A DNA stretch of 64,000 nucleotides, taken from positions 1,517 to 65,516 of the forward strand of contig CACCAS010000002.1 in the NCBI GenBank assembly GCA_902544065.1. Direction: 5' to 3'. This DNA is from an uncultured Pelagibacteraceae bacterium (GTDB lineage Bacteria; Pseudomonadota; Alphaproteobacteria; Pelagibacterales; AG-422-B15). Positions 21,544-32,428 of the stretch are shown piece by piece; the first letter of the stretch is position 1, and every line of letters starts with the position of its first letter. Position numbers and translations under genes: made by a program. The notes beneath the pieces are model-generated. The model was not told the origin of the DNA and did not search any database. It saw only the letters and a list, made by a program, of their open reading frames with translations.

Positions 21544-22200
21544 ATGTCGGTTAAAATATCACCTTCGATACTAGCATCTGATTTTTCATCATTGGGCGAG
21601 GAAGTCGTTAACATCACCAAAGCAGGCGCTGACTATATTCATGTTGATGTCATGGATGGACACTTTGTGCCGAACTTAACCATTGGACCTGACATAGTAA
21701 AATCGATCAGAGATAAATCATCACTGCCTTTTGATGTTCATTTAATGATAGATCCTGTTCAACCATACATTGAAAAGTTTGTCGAAGCGGGAGCTGATAT
21801 TGTATCAGTTCACCCTGAAGCCAATGACGATACACAAGCCTGTATTGACAAAATAAAATCATTAAACGTGAAAGCAGGACTTGCAATTAATCCTGATACA
21901 GAATGGGAAGTAGTTAAACCATTTATGGATCAGTTAGATCTTATTTTGGTCATGAGTGTGCATCCAGGTTTTGGCGGACAAAAATTTATTCCAACTGCAC
22001 TGGATAAGCTTGAGAAGCTTCGAAATGAAATCGATCAATCGGGTAGGGAAATTGATTTAGAAATTGATGGAGGGATCAATTTTGAAAATATTCAATCAGT
22101 TATTGATGCTGGAGCAAACATGATTGTGGCTGGCACCACGACATTCAAAGGTGGTCCGGATGAATACGCAAATAACATTGAAAAATTAAGAGGCCATTAA
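21544..22200 (+). CDS. rpe: ribulose-phosphate 3-epimerase
   Basis: 218 aa; SILASDF, HVDVMDGHFVPN, MSVHPGFGGQ. Confidence 0.95.
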   Translation: MSVKISPSILASDFSSLGEEVVNITKAGADYIHVDVMDGHFVPNLTIGPDIVKSIRDKSSLPFDVHLMIDPVQPYIEKFVEAGADIVSVHPEANDDTQACIDKIKSLNVKAGLAINPDTEWEVVKPFMDQLDLILVMSVHPGFGGQKFIPTALDKLEKLRNEIDQSGREIDLEIDGGINFENIQSVIDAGANMIVAGTTTFKGGPDEYANNIEKLRGH

Positions 22201-22201
22201 A

Positions 22202-23767
22202 TTGGACGTCAAAATAAAAACTGCGCTGATATCTGTTTCAGATAAATCAGGTTTAAAAAACATTGTTCGCTCACTACAAGAACATGACGTGAAAATCGTT
22301 TCAACTGGTGGTACTGCAAAAGCCATTGCTGATATGGGGGTTGATGTCATGGACGTCTCCACACTAACTAATTTTCCAGAAATGATGGATGGACGTGTAA
22401 AGACATTGCATCCCAATGTGCATGGAGGTTTGCTTGCTAAGAGAGATAATAAAGATCATGTTCAGTCTCAAATTGAGCATGATATTGAAGATATTGATTT
22501 GATCATTGTTAATCTTTATCCCTTTGAAGAGACCATAAATACTCAAGAAAATGAGGAAATCTGCATTGAAAACATTGATATTGGCGGACCAGCAATGTTG
22601 CGCTCAGCGGCTAAGAACCACAAATTTGTGACGGTGGTTACTGATGCAAACGACTACTCAGATGTGATTAATGAGATGAAGAAAAATAAAGGATCAACAA
22701 CTTTGAGTTTTAGAAAAAAGTTAGCCGCTAAGACATTTTCAATGACAGCTTATTACGACTCAATGATAAGCAATTGGTTTCATCGAGATCAAAGTAATCA
22801 CATTAATAATTTTTCATCAGCAGGTAAATTATCATCAACACTTCGCTACGGTGAAAACCCTCATCAATCAGCCGGACTTTATAAATCATCACAAAACCGA
22901 TCGGGTATTCCTTATGCAACTTTGCTGCAAGGAAAAGAGCTTAGTTACAATAATATTAACGACTCTGATGCAGCGCTGCAATTGATCAAAGAGTTTGATG
23001 AGGATGTTCCAACTGTTGCGATCATCAAGCATGCAAATCCTTGCGGTGTTGCTAGTGCAAGTTCATTAAGCGATGCATACGTAAAAGCATTTTCATGTGA
23101 TACCACAAGTGCATTTGGGGGAATTATCGCTACCAATCAAATTATTGATGAAGATACTGCAAAAGAAATTATCAAAATATTTACAGAAGTTATCATTGCT
23201 CCTGGGATCAGTGATGGAGCAGAAAAAATTTTTAAAACAAAAAATAATTTACGTATTTTAGTTTTGCCTTCTTTACATGAGAAATATATTTCACAGAACT
23301 TTAAAAGTATCGAAGGTGGCATTCTTGTACAGTCAGGTGATATTAAACAAACCGAAAAGTCCGATTTAAAAATTGTTACTCAGAAAGAACCAACGAGTGG
23401 TCAGATGGATGATATGCTGTTTGCATTCAAAGTATGTAAGCATGTAAAATCAAATGCAATCATTTATGTAAAAAATCAAAAAACCATTGGTATCGGCGCA
23501 GGTCAAATGAGCAGAGTTGATAGTGCCAAAATTGCTTCTCAAAAAAATAGTGAGATGGAAAGCAGTGATGAAAATTCTCTCAAAGACTCAGTTGTTGCCT
23601 CAGATGCTTTTTTTCCTTTTGCTGACGGTCTCTTAGTCACGATATCATCAGGGGCTACAGCGGTTATTCAACCAGGGGGCTCTGTTAAAGATGATGAGGT
23701 TATCAAAGCTGCAGACGATGCTGGTATATCAATGGTATTTACTGGAATAAGACATTTTAGACATTAA
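22202..23767 (+). CDS. purH: bifunctional AICAR transformylase / IMP cyclohydrolase
   Basis: 521 aa; ALISVSDKSG (upstream of first ATG, so TTG start at 22202), RYGENPHQ, IQPGGSVKD. Confidence 0.95.
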   Translation: MDVKIKTALISVSDKSGLKNIVRSLQEHDVKIVSTGGTAKAIADMGVDVMDVSTLTNFPEMMDGRVKTLHPNVHGGLLAKRDNKDHVQSQIEHDIEDIDLIIVNLYPFEETINTQENEEICIENIDIGGPAMLRSAAKNHKFVTVVTDANDYSDVINEMKKNKGSTTLSFRKKLAAKTFSMTAYYDSMISNWFHRDQSNHINNFSSAGKLSSTLRYGENPHQSAGLYKSSQNRSGIPYATLLQGKELSYNNINDSDAALQLIKEFDEDVPTVAIIKHANPCGVASASSLSDAYVKAFSCDTTSAFGGIIATNQIIDEDTAKEIIKIFTEVIIAPGISDGAEKIFKTKNNLRILVLPSLHEKYISQNFKSIEGGILVQSGDIKQTEKSDLKIVTQKEPTSGQMDDMLFAFKVCKHVKSNAIIYVKNQKTIGIGAGQMSRVDSAKIASQKNSEMESSDENSLKDSVVASDAFFPFADGLLVTISSGATAVIQPGGSVKDDEVIKAADDAGISMVFTGIRHFRH

Positions 23768-23771
23768 AAAC

Positions 23772-25133
23772 TTATTCTCTAGTTTCCTTGACATACATTA
23801 AGGCTATTAAGCCGATTATAGTAAAAACAATTATTGCACCCATCCCAATTCTTAAACTTTCATAGTAAGCAGTTAAAAAGGCAATTATCGCTGGCGCCAA
23901 CCACGAGGTAGCCTTGCCTGCGAAAGCAAACAACCCAAAAAATTCAGTAATATATTTTCTTGGCGCTATATTAGACATTAAGGCTCTTGAGGCAGCTTGA
24001 GCAGGACCTGAAAATGTTCCAAGAAAAATAACAACTAGGACATAAACAACCTCTCCAATAGACTCGTAAAGACCAAATGTGTATTCATTGACTGTATAAG
24101 AATAAGCATCGACTGGAATAACAAAAAATAGTGTATCTCGAGTTATAGATACTGCCATAACAGCTGTGACCATGAGTCCAACAACAGAAATCATAACAAC
24201 GCGCTTGGCACCAATTTTATCATTAAACCATCCTCCCAGAATAGCGCCAGGGGCAGCAAAAATATTTACAATAATCCCAAGTATAAGTAGCTCCTGAAAA
24301 CCCCAATCTAAAACTTGGGCTGCATAAATTCCCCCAAAAATAAACATGGCATTGAGAGCATCTTGATAAAACATCCGAGCAAATAAGAAAGTGATTACAT
24401 TCCTAAATTCTCTTACTTTACGAATTGTATTAAAAAAATTCTGTAAGCCCTGTCTTATAGAATTTAAAATTGATATTTGAATAGATTTTACGTCAGGAGT
24501 AAATAAAAAGAATGGTATAATAAATAATACATACCAAAATGCACCTATCGGACCAACTATTCTTATATTTTCAAAAGTGTCTACATTTAATGCAAAGGGT
24601 GGTACCTCAGCATTTACAAAGATTATTAAAAAGAGAATTAGTGCTACAAGTCCTCCAAAATAACCGAGTCCATACCCTAATCCACTTAAATAACCAACCC
24701 TATCCTCAGTTTCAATTGAGGGAAGCATGGCATTGTTAAATACTTCAGCAAAGGCAATTGCTGCAGTTGCAGCAGTCATGGCTATCATTATTAACCAAAC
24801 GCCGTTGGGAGCCCCAGGAAGGGCATACCACAAAAAACACATAGAAATAACAAATACAATTGAAAAAAACATGATCCAAGGTTTTCGATTACCCCTTAAA
24901 TCTGCAATAGAACCTAATATGGGACTTAGTAGAGCTACAGATAATCCAGCAATAGTTTGTGTATATCCCCATAATTCTGGACCACGAACATCGTCAGCTA
25001 TAAATACTTGAGAAAAATAATAAGAAAAAACAAAAGTTGTAATCAGTGTATAGAAAGGTTGATTTGCCCAATCAAACATGGTCCATGAATATCTACCTAA
25101 TCGAGATGCTCTCATAAATATTAGTCTATACAA
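23772..25133 (-). CDS. MFS transporter, UMF1/Atg22-like family
   Basis: 453 aa, about 12 TM segments; N-terminal WTMFDWANQPFYTLI typical of UMF1; true start may be the Met 6 codons downstream. Confidence 0.7.
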   Translation of the reverse strand: MYRLIFMRASRLGRYSWTMFDWANQPFYTLITTFVFSYYFSQVFIADDVRGPELWGYTQTIAGLSVALLSPILGSIADLRGNRKPWIMFFSIVFVISMCFLWYALPGAPNGVWLIMIAMTAATAAIAFAEVFNNAMLPSIETEDRVGYLSGLGYGLGYFGGLVALILFLIIFVNAEVPPFALNVDTFENIRIVGPIGAFWYVLFIIPFFLFTPDVKSIQISILNSIRQGLQNFFNTIRKVREFRNVITFLFARMFYQDALNAMFIFGGIYAAQVLDWGFQELLILGIIVNIFAAPGAILGGWFNDKIGAKRVVMISVVGLMVTAVMAVSITRDTLFFVIPVDAYSYTVNEYTFGLYESIGEVVYVLVVIFLGTFSGPAQAASRALMSNIAPRKYITEFFGLFAFAGKATSWLAPAIIAFLTAYYESLRIGMGAIIVFTIIGLIALMYVKETRE

Positions 25134-25241
25134 TAACTATTAATTTGTATGTTAAATATTTTTTTGAGATAGAATCAAAGTTAATTGTAAAAAAGTTTTT
25201 TTATTAATGATCTAGCTACAGGATTTGAAAATAATATCAAA

Positions 25242-26075
25242 ATGGGAATTAGAAATAGAATTGCTGAACTGATTATTTTAATTTCTCAAAATCTTTTTTT
25301 TGTAAGAGGAAACATTAGAAATTTGATATGGAAATTAATAGAAAAAATTATTAATTACAACCCAGAAAATAATCCGAGGCAGTCCCGAGTTAAAGCTATA
25401 GTTAATGGCATCCCGTTTTACTTTTATTTTGACTATATGAGCGATGTAAAAATTGCTTTTGGTAATTACAATAAAAAAGAAATTGATTTTTTAATTCGAA
25501 ATATGAAGGCAAATTCAACCTTTGTCGATATAGGTTCTAATATTGGTTTTTATTCAATGAATATTGCGAATATTTTTCCTGAAATTAATTTCTTACAAAT
25601 TATATCTATAGAGCCAAACCCTCTAATGATCACCAGGCAAAGAGAAAATATTGAATTGTTGGATAAGATTAAAAATGGAATAAAAGAAAAAATGATATTA
25701 GAAAATTATGCGGTATCTGATGATACAGGAAATTTTCAGCTAGATCTTGCGAAAGGATATGGATCAGCATATCTTACAGAAAAAGCTTCTAAAAATTCTA
25801 TTGCTATAAAAACAACTTCATTGAATGCTATTTTATCAAGACTTCAGGTTAAAAGTGTTAGCTGTTTAAAAATTGATATTGAAGGACATGAAGACAGAGC
25901 ACTTATTCCATTTTTTGAAAGCGCTCCTAGATCATTATATCCTCTAAACATGGTCATAGAATTTACAAGCATGTCAGAATGGAAGAATTCCAACTTGCTC
26001 GACTTTCTAACAAAGGTTGGTTATGAACTGCAGTTTAAAACCAGAGCAAATATTTGTTTAAGTTTAAAAACATAA
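25242..26075 (+). CDS. FkbM family SAM-dependent methyltransferase
   Basis: 277 aa; FVDIGSNIGFYS SAM-binding motif and LKIDIEGHE FkbM signature. Confidence 0.75.
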   Translation: MGIRNRIAELIILISQNLFFVRGNIRNLIWKLIEKIINYNPENNPRQSRVKAIVNGIPFYFYFDYMSDVKIAFGNYNKKEIDFLIRNMKANSTFVDIGSNIGFYSMNIANIFPEINFLQIISIEPNPLMITRQRENIELLDKIKNGIKEKMILENYAVSDDTGNFQLDLAKGYGSAYLTEKASKNSIAIKTTSLNAILSRLQVKSVSCLKIDIEGHEDRALIPFFESAPRSLYPLNMVIEFTSMSEWKNSNLLDFLTKVGYELQFKTRANICLSLKT

Positions 26076-26091
26076 AGCAACAAAATAATCA

Positions 26092-26166
26092 TGGAGCGAG
26101 TGAAGGGAGTCGAACCCTCGACCTAAACGTTGGCAACGTTTCGCTCTACCACTGAGCTACACTCGC
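26092..26166 (-). tRNA. tRNA-Gly (anticodon GCC), CCA encoded
   Basis: reverse complement folds by hand into a 75-nt cloverleaf: acceptor GCGAGTG/CACTCGC, D arm GCTC/GAGC, anticodon stem AAACG/CGTTT with loop TTGCCAA, T arm GAGGG-TTCGACT-CCCTT, 3' TCCA. Confidence 0.9.
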
Positions 26167-26256
26167 ACTAGTAAGGAGGTTCTATCTGAAAAAGCCTTGT
26201 TTTTCAAGATAAGCGGATTATTTAATATAGGAGTGATTTAGTGTAAGGTTTTATAA

Positions 26257-26904
26257 ATGATCAAAACAAAAAATATTGAACTTCTCCCAAAAAAAATAGC
26301 AATTTTTCCTCTTACCGGTGCGGTGCTATTTCCTGGAACACAGCTACCACTGAATATTTTTGAACCAAGATATGTTGAAATGATTGATAATGCCTTGGCC
26401 TCCCCCGGGCGTGTCATAGGAATGATACAACCAAGTAAGCCTGGAGAAAAAACTTTAAAGAAAGTTGGATGTTTGGGAAGAATATCAACATTTAACGAGG
26501 CAGAAGATAATCGATATTTAATTACCTTATCAGGGACAATTAGATTTGAAATTGAGGAAGAATTAAACACAACCACAGCTTATAGACAAATTATACCCGA
26601 TTATAGTAAATACAATTCAGATTTAGAACATCAAAATGTTGATACCATCGATCGTTCAAAGCTTTTAGCTCTTGTGAAAAGGTATCTCGAAAATAGGAAA
26701 ATTTTAGCTGATTGGGAAATTATAAAAGAAACGCCTACTGAACAGTTAATCAACTATTCAGGTATCCTTGTGCCATTTACATCAGAAGAAAAACAACTAC
26801 TGCTGGAGTCGAAGACAATAATTACTAGAAGTCATGTTCTTGAAGCACTTTATCAATCATATATATTTGATGGTCCAAACAAAAAGAGTGATCAGCTTCA
26901 CTAA
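26257..26904 (+). CDS. LON N-terminal (substrate-binding) domain protein
   Basis: 215 aa; IFPLTGAVLFPGTQLPLNIFEPRYVEMI is the LON/PUA-like N-domain signature; no ATPase or protease domain. Confidence 0.8.
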   Translation: MIKTKNIELLPKKIAIFPLTGAVLFPGTQLPLNIFEPRYVEMIDNALASPGRVIGMIQPSKPGEKTLKKVGCLGRISTFNEAEDNRYLITLSGTIRFEIEEELNTTTAYRQIIPDYSKYNSDLEHQNVDTIDRSKLLALVKRYLENRKILADWEIIKETPTEQLINYSGILVPFTSEEKQLLLESKTIITRSHVLEALYQSYIFDGPNKKSDQLH

Positions 26905-28064
26905 AGTGATTTAAAATGACTGGTTCCAGTTGCACTATTAATAATTTTTTCTTTTGCAAAATTATTTTTTTCTAAAATTTTTATTCCAAGACCAGTAATC
27001 ATACTTATAAACCTATTTTTACTTGATAAAACTCTATCCAAAGCAAGTGTACCAAAAGAATAGGCGGCATTATCTATTTTTCTATACTGATTAAATTCAT
27101 CAAGTAGCATTTTATTATTTATTTCATAACCAATAGAAGTGTACTTTAATGCTGTTGCCACCAATAAAGAAATATCTTTGATACTAAGATTCAACCCCTG
27201 TCCAGCTATTGGATGAATGTTATGAGCAATATTACCAATAATAATATTGTTTCGATCATATAATTTTTTTGCATAATTAAAATTCAACTCATGAGCTTCA
27301 ATATTATCAATCCTAAGCTTGCCTATATCTTCTTCGAGATACTGATTCACTATAATAGCTAATTTACTTATATCTTCATTTAGTTCACCAGCATTATTTT
27401 TTAAAGACCAAACTAAAGATGCATGATTTTTAGATGAAGGCAAAAAAGCGAGAGGTCCACGACTAGTAAAAATTTGAAATGCCTGACCTTGTTTTTTAAA
27501 TTCACCAATAACATTCATTGATAGTGCTGTTTGGTTAAGGTTATGTGAAATAAATCGAAAGTTTAAATTATTTAACATATTTTGATCTGCAGCTGATGAT
27601 AAAACAAATAATTTTGCTTTTATTTCTTTTCTCTCATCTAGTATGATAGAAACTTTGTTGTCATAAGTTTTATTAACAATAGATTTTGTTTTGATTAAGA
27701 TTTCAATATTTTCACTTTTATTTAGACTTGAGTTCAATAATTTTTTTATAATTTTATTGGGGATAATCTTTCCAAGTTTTCCTTCTTGATTATCAGCAAA
27801 AGTAATATTTGAATTTTGACTGGCCTTATCTAATTTACATGTAATTTTTTTTATATCGATATACTCATTTAATGCCGAGGGATCATGCAAAATATTAGAT
27901 AAATAATTTACTGAGCCAGAGGATAGAAAAGTGACTAAATTACTCTCATTCTTATTATGGGCGCCATTTTTGATAAAACATACTTTAAAATTATTTTGGG
28001 CAAGTGACAAAGCGGCAATTTCAGCAGATATACCCTCACCATATATAATAAAATCGAAGTGCAT
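26901..28064 (-). CDS. FAD-dependent ubiquinone-biosynthesis hydroxylase (UbiH/UbiF/Coq6 family)
   Basis: 387 aa; N-terminal dinucleotide fold FIIYGEGISAEIAA, IGNIAHNIHPIAGQGLNLSIKD signature. Confidence 0.75.
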   Translation of the reverse strand: MHFDFIIYGEGISAEIAALSLAQNNFKVCFIKNGAHNKNESNLVTFLSSGSVNYLSNILHDPSALNEYIDIKKITCKLDKASQNSNITFADNQEGKLGKIIPNKIIKKLLNSSLNKSENIEILIKTKSIVNKTYDNKVSIILDERKEIKAKLFVLSSAADQNMLNNLNFRFISHNLNQTALSMNVIGEFKKQGQAFQIFTSRGPLAFLPSSKNHASLVWSLKNNAGELNEDISKLAIIVNQYLEEDIGKLRIDNIEAHELNFNYAKKLYDRNNIIIGNIAHNIHPIAGQGLNLSIKDISLLVATALKYTSIGYEINNKMLLDEFNQYRKIDNAAYSFGTLALDRVLSSKNRFISMITGLGIKILEKNNFAKEKIINSATGTSHFKSL

Positions 28065-28170
28065 TTTTTATAAAAATTTTTTTATCCTTATATTATTTAA
28101 GAAGTTATATAATGAGTAGGTGAATCAATTGCCAACAGAATATAATAAATATTTTTGGAAGGTGTAAAAT

Positions 28171-30447
28171 ATGAAGCTTTTGCCTGACTCAGCTAGAATA
28201 TTTATAATTAATCGTGTATTAGAATTAACTGGATTGTCCATAGCAATAGTAAGTATTTTTGTTTTTACATCAATATTAAGTTACTCTCAATTTGATCCTA
28301 ACATCAATAATTTGAATGGCTCTAAAGTAAGAAATTTGACAGGATTATTAGGAGCCAATATTTCAGACGTTCTTATTCAGTTGTTTGGGTATTTTAGTTT
28401 ATTGATTTGTCCGGTTCTTATCAGCTGGTCTTATAAAATTTTCTTCACAAAAAAAATGAAATTTTTTGCTCTTAATTTACTTTTACTTCCAATAATGATG
28501 GTTACATTATCAATTTTTTCAGAATTGATTCAACTATCAAGCACCAATGGATTCATCGCAAATCAAGTTGCTATATATATAGCTAATACAAATATAATCG
28601 AAAATAATTACTTATTTTATATTTTTGTATCAGCTTTATTCATTATGTTTATACTTTTTTTTTATGGAGCAATGGGTTTAGATGTAAATGAATGGGGAAA
28701 TATTTATATCTTTTTCAAAACTGTTGTTAGTTTTTTGATTAAACCGGCTAAGAAACTTGCTTTTCTTAAAAGGTATATGATAATTAATCACCCATTCAAA
28801 AACAAAGTTGATAACTCAATAATTAACAATCAAAAAATTGAACCAAAAATTAATTTCGATGAAATTAAAAATCAACCTGTGAACGATTTTATGGACCAGC
28901 AGAAAAAAGATGTTCTAATTGACGAGCAAAATGAGATATTTTTAGATGATTTAAACTATAAAGCTCCTGGAATTGATATTCTTACCCAACCTGATTCAAA
29001 AATAGAAACTTCAGCTAATCAGGAAGAACTCAATCTGAATGCGGAGAAACTTAAAAATGTATTAATTGATTTTAAAATAGAGGGAGAGATAATAAAAGTG
29101 TCGCCTGGACCAATAGTAACTATGTACGAATTACAGCCAGCTCCAGGAATTAAAGCCTCTAAAATTATTTCACTATCAGATGATATTGCAAGAAATATGA
29201 GTGCAATGTCTGCAAGAGTCGCCATTATTCCGGGGAAAAATGTCATTGGTATAGAAATACCTAACTCAATTAAAAATCCAGTGTATTTAAGTGAACTATT
29301 TAAGAATGAAAAGTTTGTATCAAATGAAAAAAATTTAATTTTAGCATTAGGTAAAGACATAAGTGGGAACGCTGTATTTACAAATCTTGAAAATATGCCT
29401 CACCTCTTAATAGCTGGCACAACTGGTTCAGGTAAATCTGTCGGCATCAATGTTATGATTACATCAATTTTATATAAGCACTCGCCTGACGACTGTAAAT
29501 TTATATTGATTGACCCTAAGATGCTTGAGTTATCAGTTTATGAAGGTGTACCACATTTAATTACTCCAGTTGTAACAGACCCTAAAAAGGCAATTACTGC
29601 GCTCAAATGGGTTGTTAGAGAAATGGAGTCCCGATATAAAAAAATGTCTCTTTTAGGAGTCAGAAACATAGAAAATTATAACATTAGAATTGCTGACGCT
29701 ATCAATAAATCTGAGAAGATAGTTAGATCAATTCAATCAGGAATAAATCCTAACACAGGACAGCCTGAAACAAGTAAGATTGAAATCGAGAATAAAAAAA
29801 TGCCTTTCATTGTAGTAGTCGTTGATGAAATGGCAGATTTGATGATGGTAGCTGGAAAAGAAATAGAACATACAATCCAGCGATTATCACAAATGGCACG
29901 TGCTGCAGGTATTCATTTAATTATGGCAACACAAAGACCAAGTGTTGATGTAATTACTGGTACGATTAAAGCAAATTTTCCAAGCAGAATAAGTTTTCAG
30001 GTCAGTTCAAAGTTTGACAGTCGTACAATTCTTGGTGAAGAGGGTGCTGAAAGATTGCTTGGGAAAGGTGATATGCTGATGATGACTGCAGGAGGACAAA
30101 CAACTCGAATTCATGGGCCATTCATCTCAGATCATGAGATAGAAAATATTGTAAACTCACTTCAAAAACAGGGCCAACCTGAATATGATGAAGAAATTAT
30201 TAAAGAAGAAGATGATGAAAATATTGATAATGATCTATCAGAGAATGATAAAGATGCACTCTTTAAAGATTCAATTGCTATTATTTCTAAGGAAGGCAAA
30301 GCATCAACAAGCTTACTTCAACGTAAACTTCAAATAGGCTATAATCGAGCTGCAAGAATAATAGACCAGTTAGAAGAACAGGGATACATTAGCTCAGCTA
30401 ATCATGTAGGAAAAAGAGAAATCAATTATGATAAATTTACAGATTGA
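28171..30447 (+). CDS. ftsK: DNA translocase FtsK
   Basis: 758 aa; N-terminal TM helices, Walker A GTTGSGKS, Walker B VVVVDEMADLM, gamma winged helix LQRKLQIGYNRAARIIDQLE. Confidence 0.95.
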   Translation: MKLLPDSARIFIINRVLELTGLSIAIVSIFVFTSILSYSQFDPNINNLNGSKVRNLTGLLGANISDVLIQLFGYFSLLICPVLISWSYKIFFTKKMKFFALNLLLLPIMMVTLSIFSELIQLSSTNGFIANQVAIYIANTNIIENNYLFYIFVSALFIMFILFFYGAMGLDVNEWGNIYIFFKTVVSFLIKPAKKLAFLKRYMIINHPFKNKVDNSIINNQKIEPKINFDEIKNQPVNDFMDQQKKDVLIDEQNEIFLDDLNYKAPGIDILTQPDSKIETSANQEELNLNAEKLKNVLIDFKIEGEIIKVSPGPIVTMYELQPAPGIKASKIISLSDDIARNMSAMSARVAIIPGKNVIGIEIPNSIKNPVYLSELFKNEKFVSNEKNLILALGKDISGNAVFTNLENMPHLLIAGTTGSGKSVGINVMITSILYKHSPDDCKFILIDPKMLELSVYEGVPHLITPVVTDPKKAITALKWVVREMESRYKKMSLLGVRNIENYNIRIADAINKSEKIVRSIQSGINPNTGQPETSKIEIENKKMPFIVVVVDEMADLMMVAGKEIEHTIQRLSQMARAAGIHLIMATQRPSVDVITGTIKANFPSRISFQVSSKFDSRTILGEEGAERLLGKGDMLMMTAGGQTTRIHGPFISDHEIENIVNSLQKQGQPEYDEEIIKEEDDENIDNDLSENDKDALFKDSIAIISKEGKASTSLLQRKLQIGYNRAARIIDQLEEQGYISSANHVGKREINYDKFTD

Positions 30448-31028
30448 TGATCCGATCAACTATTTTAATTGTTTTGGTTTTTTTTCCTTGTCATTTTTTA
30501 GCAGCTAATACTGAATCAATTATTTCTAAAATTCAAAACAATTGGAATGAAATCCAGACGATGTCAGGTGAGTTCTCACAATTAGACTCAAATGGTAATC
30601 TAGAAACAGGAAAGTTTTTCTTTTCTAAACCGTATCTATCAAAGTTTATTTATAAAAATAAAAAAGAAGATATTGTTACAAATGAGAGTTTATTGCGTAT
30701 TGTAGATAAAGAGGGTTTTCAAATTGATAGTTATGCAATTGGAGGAAATATTATCAAAAAACTTCTTTCAAATAATCTCGATATAAAAAAAGAGTTTGAG
30801 ATCAATTTTATTGAAGAGAACGAAAAGAGCTATAAAATTGGAGTTATTTCTAAAAATAGTAACTCCATGAGTGAAATTGTACTCACTTTTAATAAGACTA
30901 CTACAGAGCTTAAAAAGTGGGAGATTTCAGACGAAATGGGTAATAAAACTGTTTTAGAGTTTACAAAGATAAAAAAGAATATATTTATAAGCGAAAATTT
31001 ATTCGATGTTCGTTATCAAAATAACTGA
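30444..31028 (+). CDS. lolA: outer-membrane lipoprotein carrier LolA-like protein
   Basis: 194 aa with signal peptide; 4-nt overlap with ftsK, the classical ftsK-lolA arrangement; sequence signature itself weak. Confidence 0.6.
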   Translation: MMIRSTILIVLVFFPCHFLAANTESIISKIQNNWNEIQTMSGEFSQLDSNGNLETGKFFFSKPYLSKFIYKNKKEDIVTNESLLRIVDKEGFQIDSYAIGGNIIKKLLSNNLDIKKEFEINFIEENEKSYKIGVISKNSNSMSEIVLTFNKTTTELKKWEISDEMGNKTVLEFTKIKKNIFISENLFDVRYQNN

Positions 31029-31066
31029 ACTACAGGCAGGTTGAAAAACAAAAATTTTCATTATTT

Positions 31067-32425
31067 ATGACTGTTAACTCCATTAGTGAACTCAAGCAAT
31101 GGCTTGAGTCAAACAAAATTTCAGAGGTGGAATGTATTTTCCCAGATATGGCAGGATCGTCTAAGGGAAAAATTTTACCTGTAGAAAGGTTTATTAAATC
31201 TTTTGAAGAGCAAAGTTTAAAGTTAGCTGACTCTGTTTTTGGACAAACAGTATCGGGAAAATGGGTTTATGATAGTGAAGTCATTGATTATGTTGAGGAA
31301 GATCTTTTTATGGCTCCTGATCTTTCAACGATCAGAAAAATCCCCTGGAATAAAGAGCCTACAGCACAAATAATCTGTGACCTCAATTATGCATCGAATG
31401 AGCCATCAAAGTTAGCTCCGCGACAAGTTTTAAAGAATATCATAAAACAATTAAGTGATGAAAATTTTAAGGCGGTGATTGCTCCCGAACTAGAATTTTA
31501 TCTTTGTGAACAAAATTTAGATCCTGATTTACCTTTAAAAACACCAATTGGAAAATCAGGAAGAAGAGAGACCGGTAGCCGAGTCTTTGGCATTGACGCT
31601 GTCAATGAGTTTGATGCGTTAACAGATGATATCTACGATTACTGTGAATTAATGAATATTGGAGTAGATACTTTAGTTCATGAGTCAGGACCTTCACAAA
31701 TTGAAATAAATTTGAACCATGGTGATCCGCTTGCTTTAGCCGATCAGGCTTTTATGTTCAAAAGAGCTGTGAGGCAAGTTGCTTTAAAACACAATATTCA
31801 CGCCACATTTATGGCTAAGCCTTATCAAGGTCAACCAGGAAGTTCCATGCACATTCACCAAAACCTAGTTTCGTCAGCAACAGGTCAAAATCTTTTTTCT
31901 GATAAAGAAGGTAATAATTCAAAAGAATTTTTTCATTTTATTGGAGGATTACAATCATATTTACCTGATGCTATGCTTTTGTTCGCTCCCTATGTTAATT
32001 CTTATAGACGGTTCGTAATAGATGCTTCGGCTCCTATCAATACTCACTGGGGTATTGAGAATAGAACTGTTGCCTTCAGGGTCCCAACTTCCAAGAATAA
32101 ATCGCGTCGAGTGGAGAATAGAATACCAGGAGCTGACACTAATCCTTACCTTGCTATTGCTGCTTCACTGGCTTGTGGCTTGCTAGGCCTTAAAGAAAAG
32201 ATTGATCCTGAAAAACCTATTGCAGGAGATGCATTTGAAAGAAGACACAACATACCAAAATACCTTCCAGACGCACTAAAAAGACTAAAAGTGAGCAATG
32301 AATTATCTGAAAGTCTTGGTAAAGAGTTCGTTACTTTATATACAGAACTCAAGCAAACAGAACATGATGCTTACCAAAATGTCATTAGCGCGTGGGAAAG
32401 AGAGCATCTTCTATTAAACGTATAA
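31067..32425 (+). CDS. glutamine synthetase family protein (gamma-glutamylpolyamine synthetase/PuuA-like)
   Basis: 452 aa; GS catalytic-domain motifs (KPYQGQPGSSMHIHQ, NRIPGADTNPYL); lacks the features I associate with GlnA type I adenylylation loop. Confidence 0.8.
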   Translation: MTVNSISELKQWLESNKISEVECIFPDMAGSSKGKILPVERFIKSFEEQSLKLADSVFGQTVSGKWVYDSEVIDYVEEDLFMAPDLSTIRKIPWNKEPTAQIICDLNYASNEPSKLAPRQVLKNIIKQLSDENFKAVIAPELEFYLCEQNLDPDLPLKTPIGKSGRRETGSRVFGIDAVNEFDALTDDIYDYCELMNIGVDTLVHESGPSQIEINLNHGDPLALADQAFMFKRAVRQVALKHNIHATFMAKPYQGQPGSSMHIHQNLVSSATGQNLFSDKEGNNSKEFFHFIGGLQSYLPDAMLLFAPYVNSYRRFVIDASAPINTHWGIENRTVAFRVPTSKNKSRRVENRIPGADTNPYLAIAASLACGLLGLKEKIDPEKPIAGDAFERRHNIPKYLPDALKRLKVSNELSESLGKEFVTLYTELKQTEHDAYQNVISAWEREHLLLNV

Positions 32426-32428
32426 TAT

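Noticed and set aside
25242-26166. FkbM methyltransferase next to the 3' end of tRNA-Gly as a possible integrated islet
   Set aside because: There is no integrase, no direct repeat of the tRNA 3' end in the 25134-25241 spacer, and only a single gene. The evidence is insufficient for a mobile-element call.
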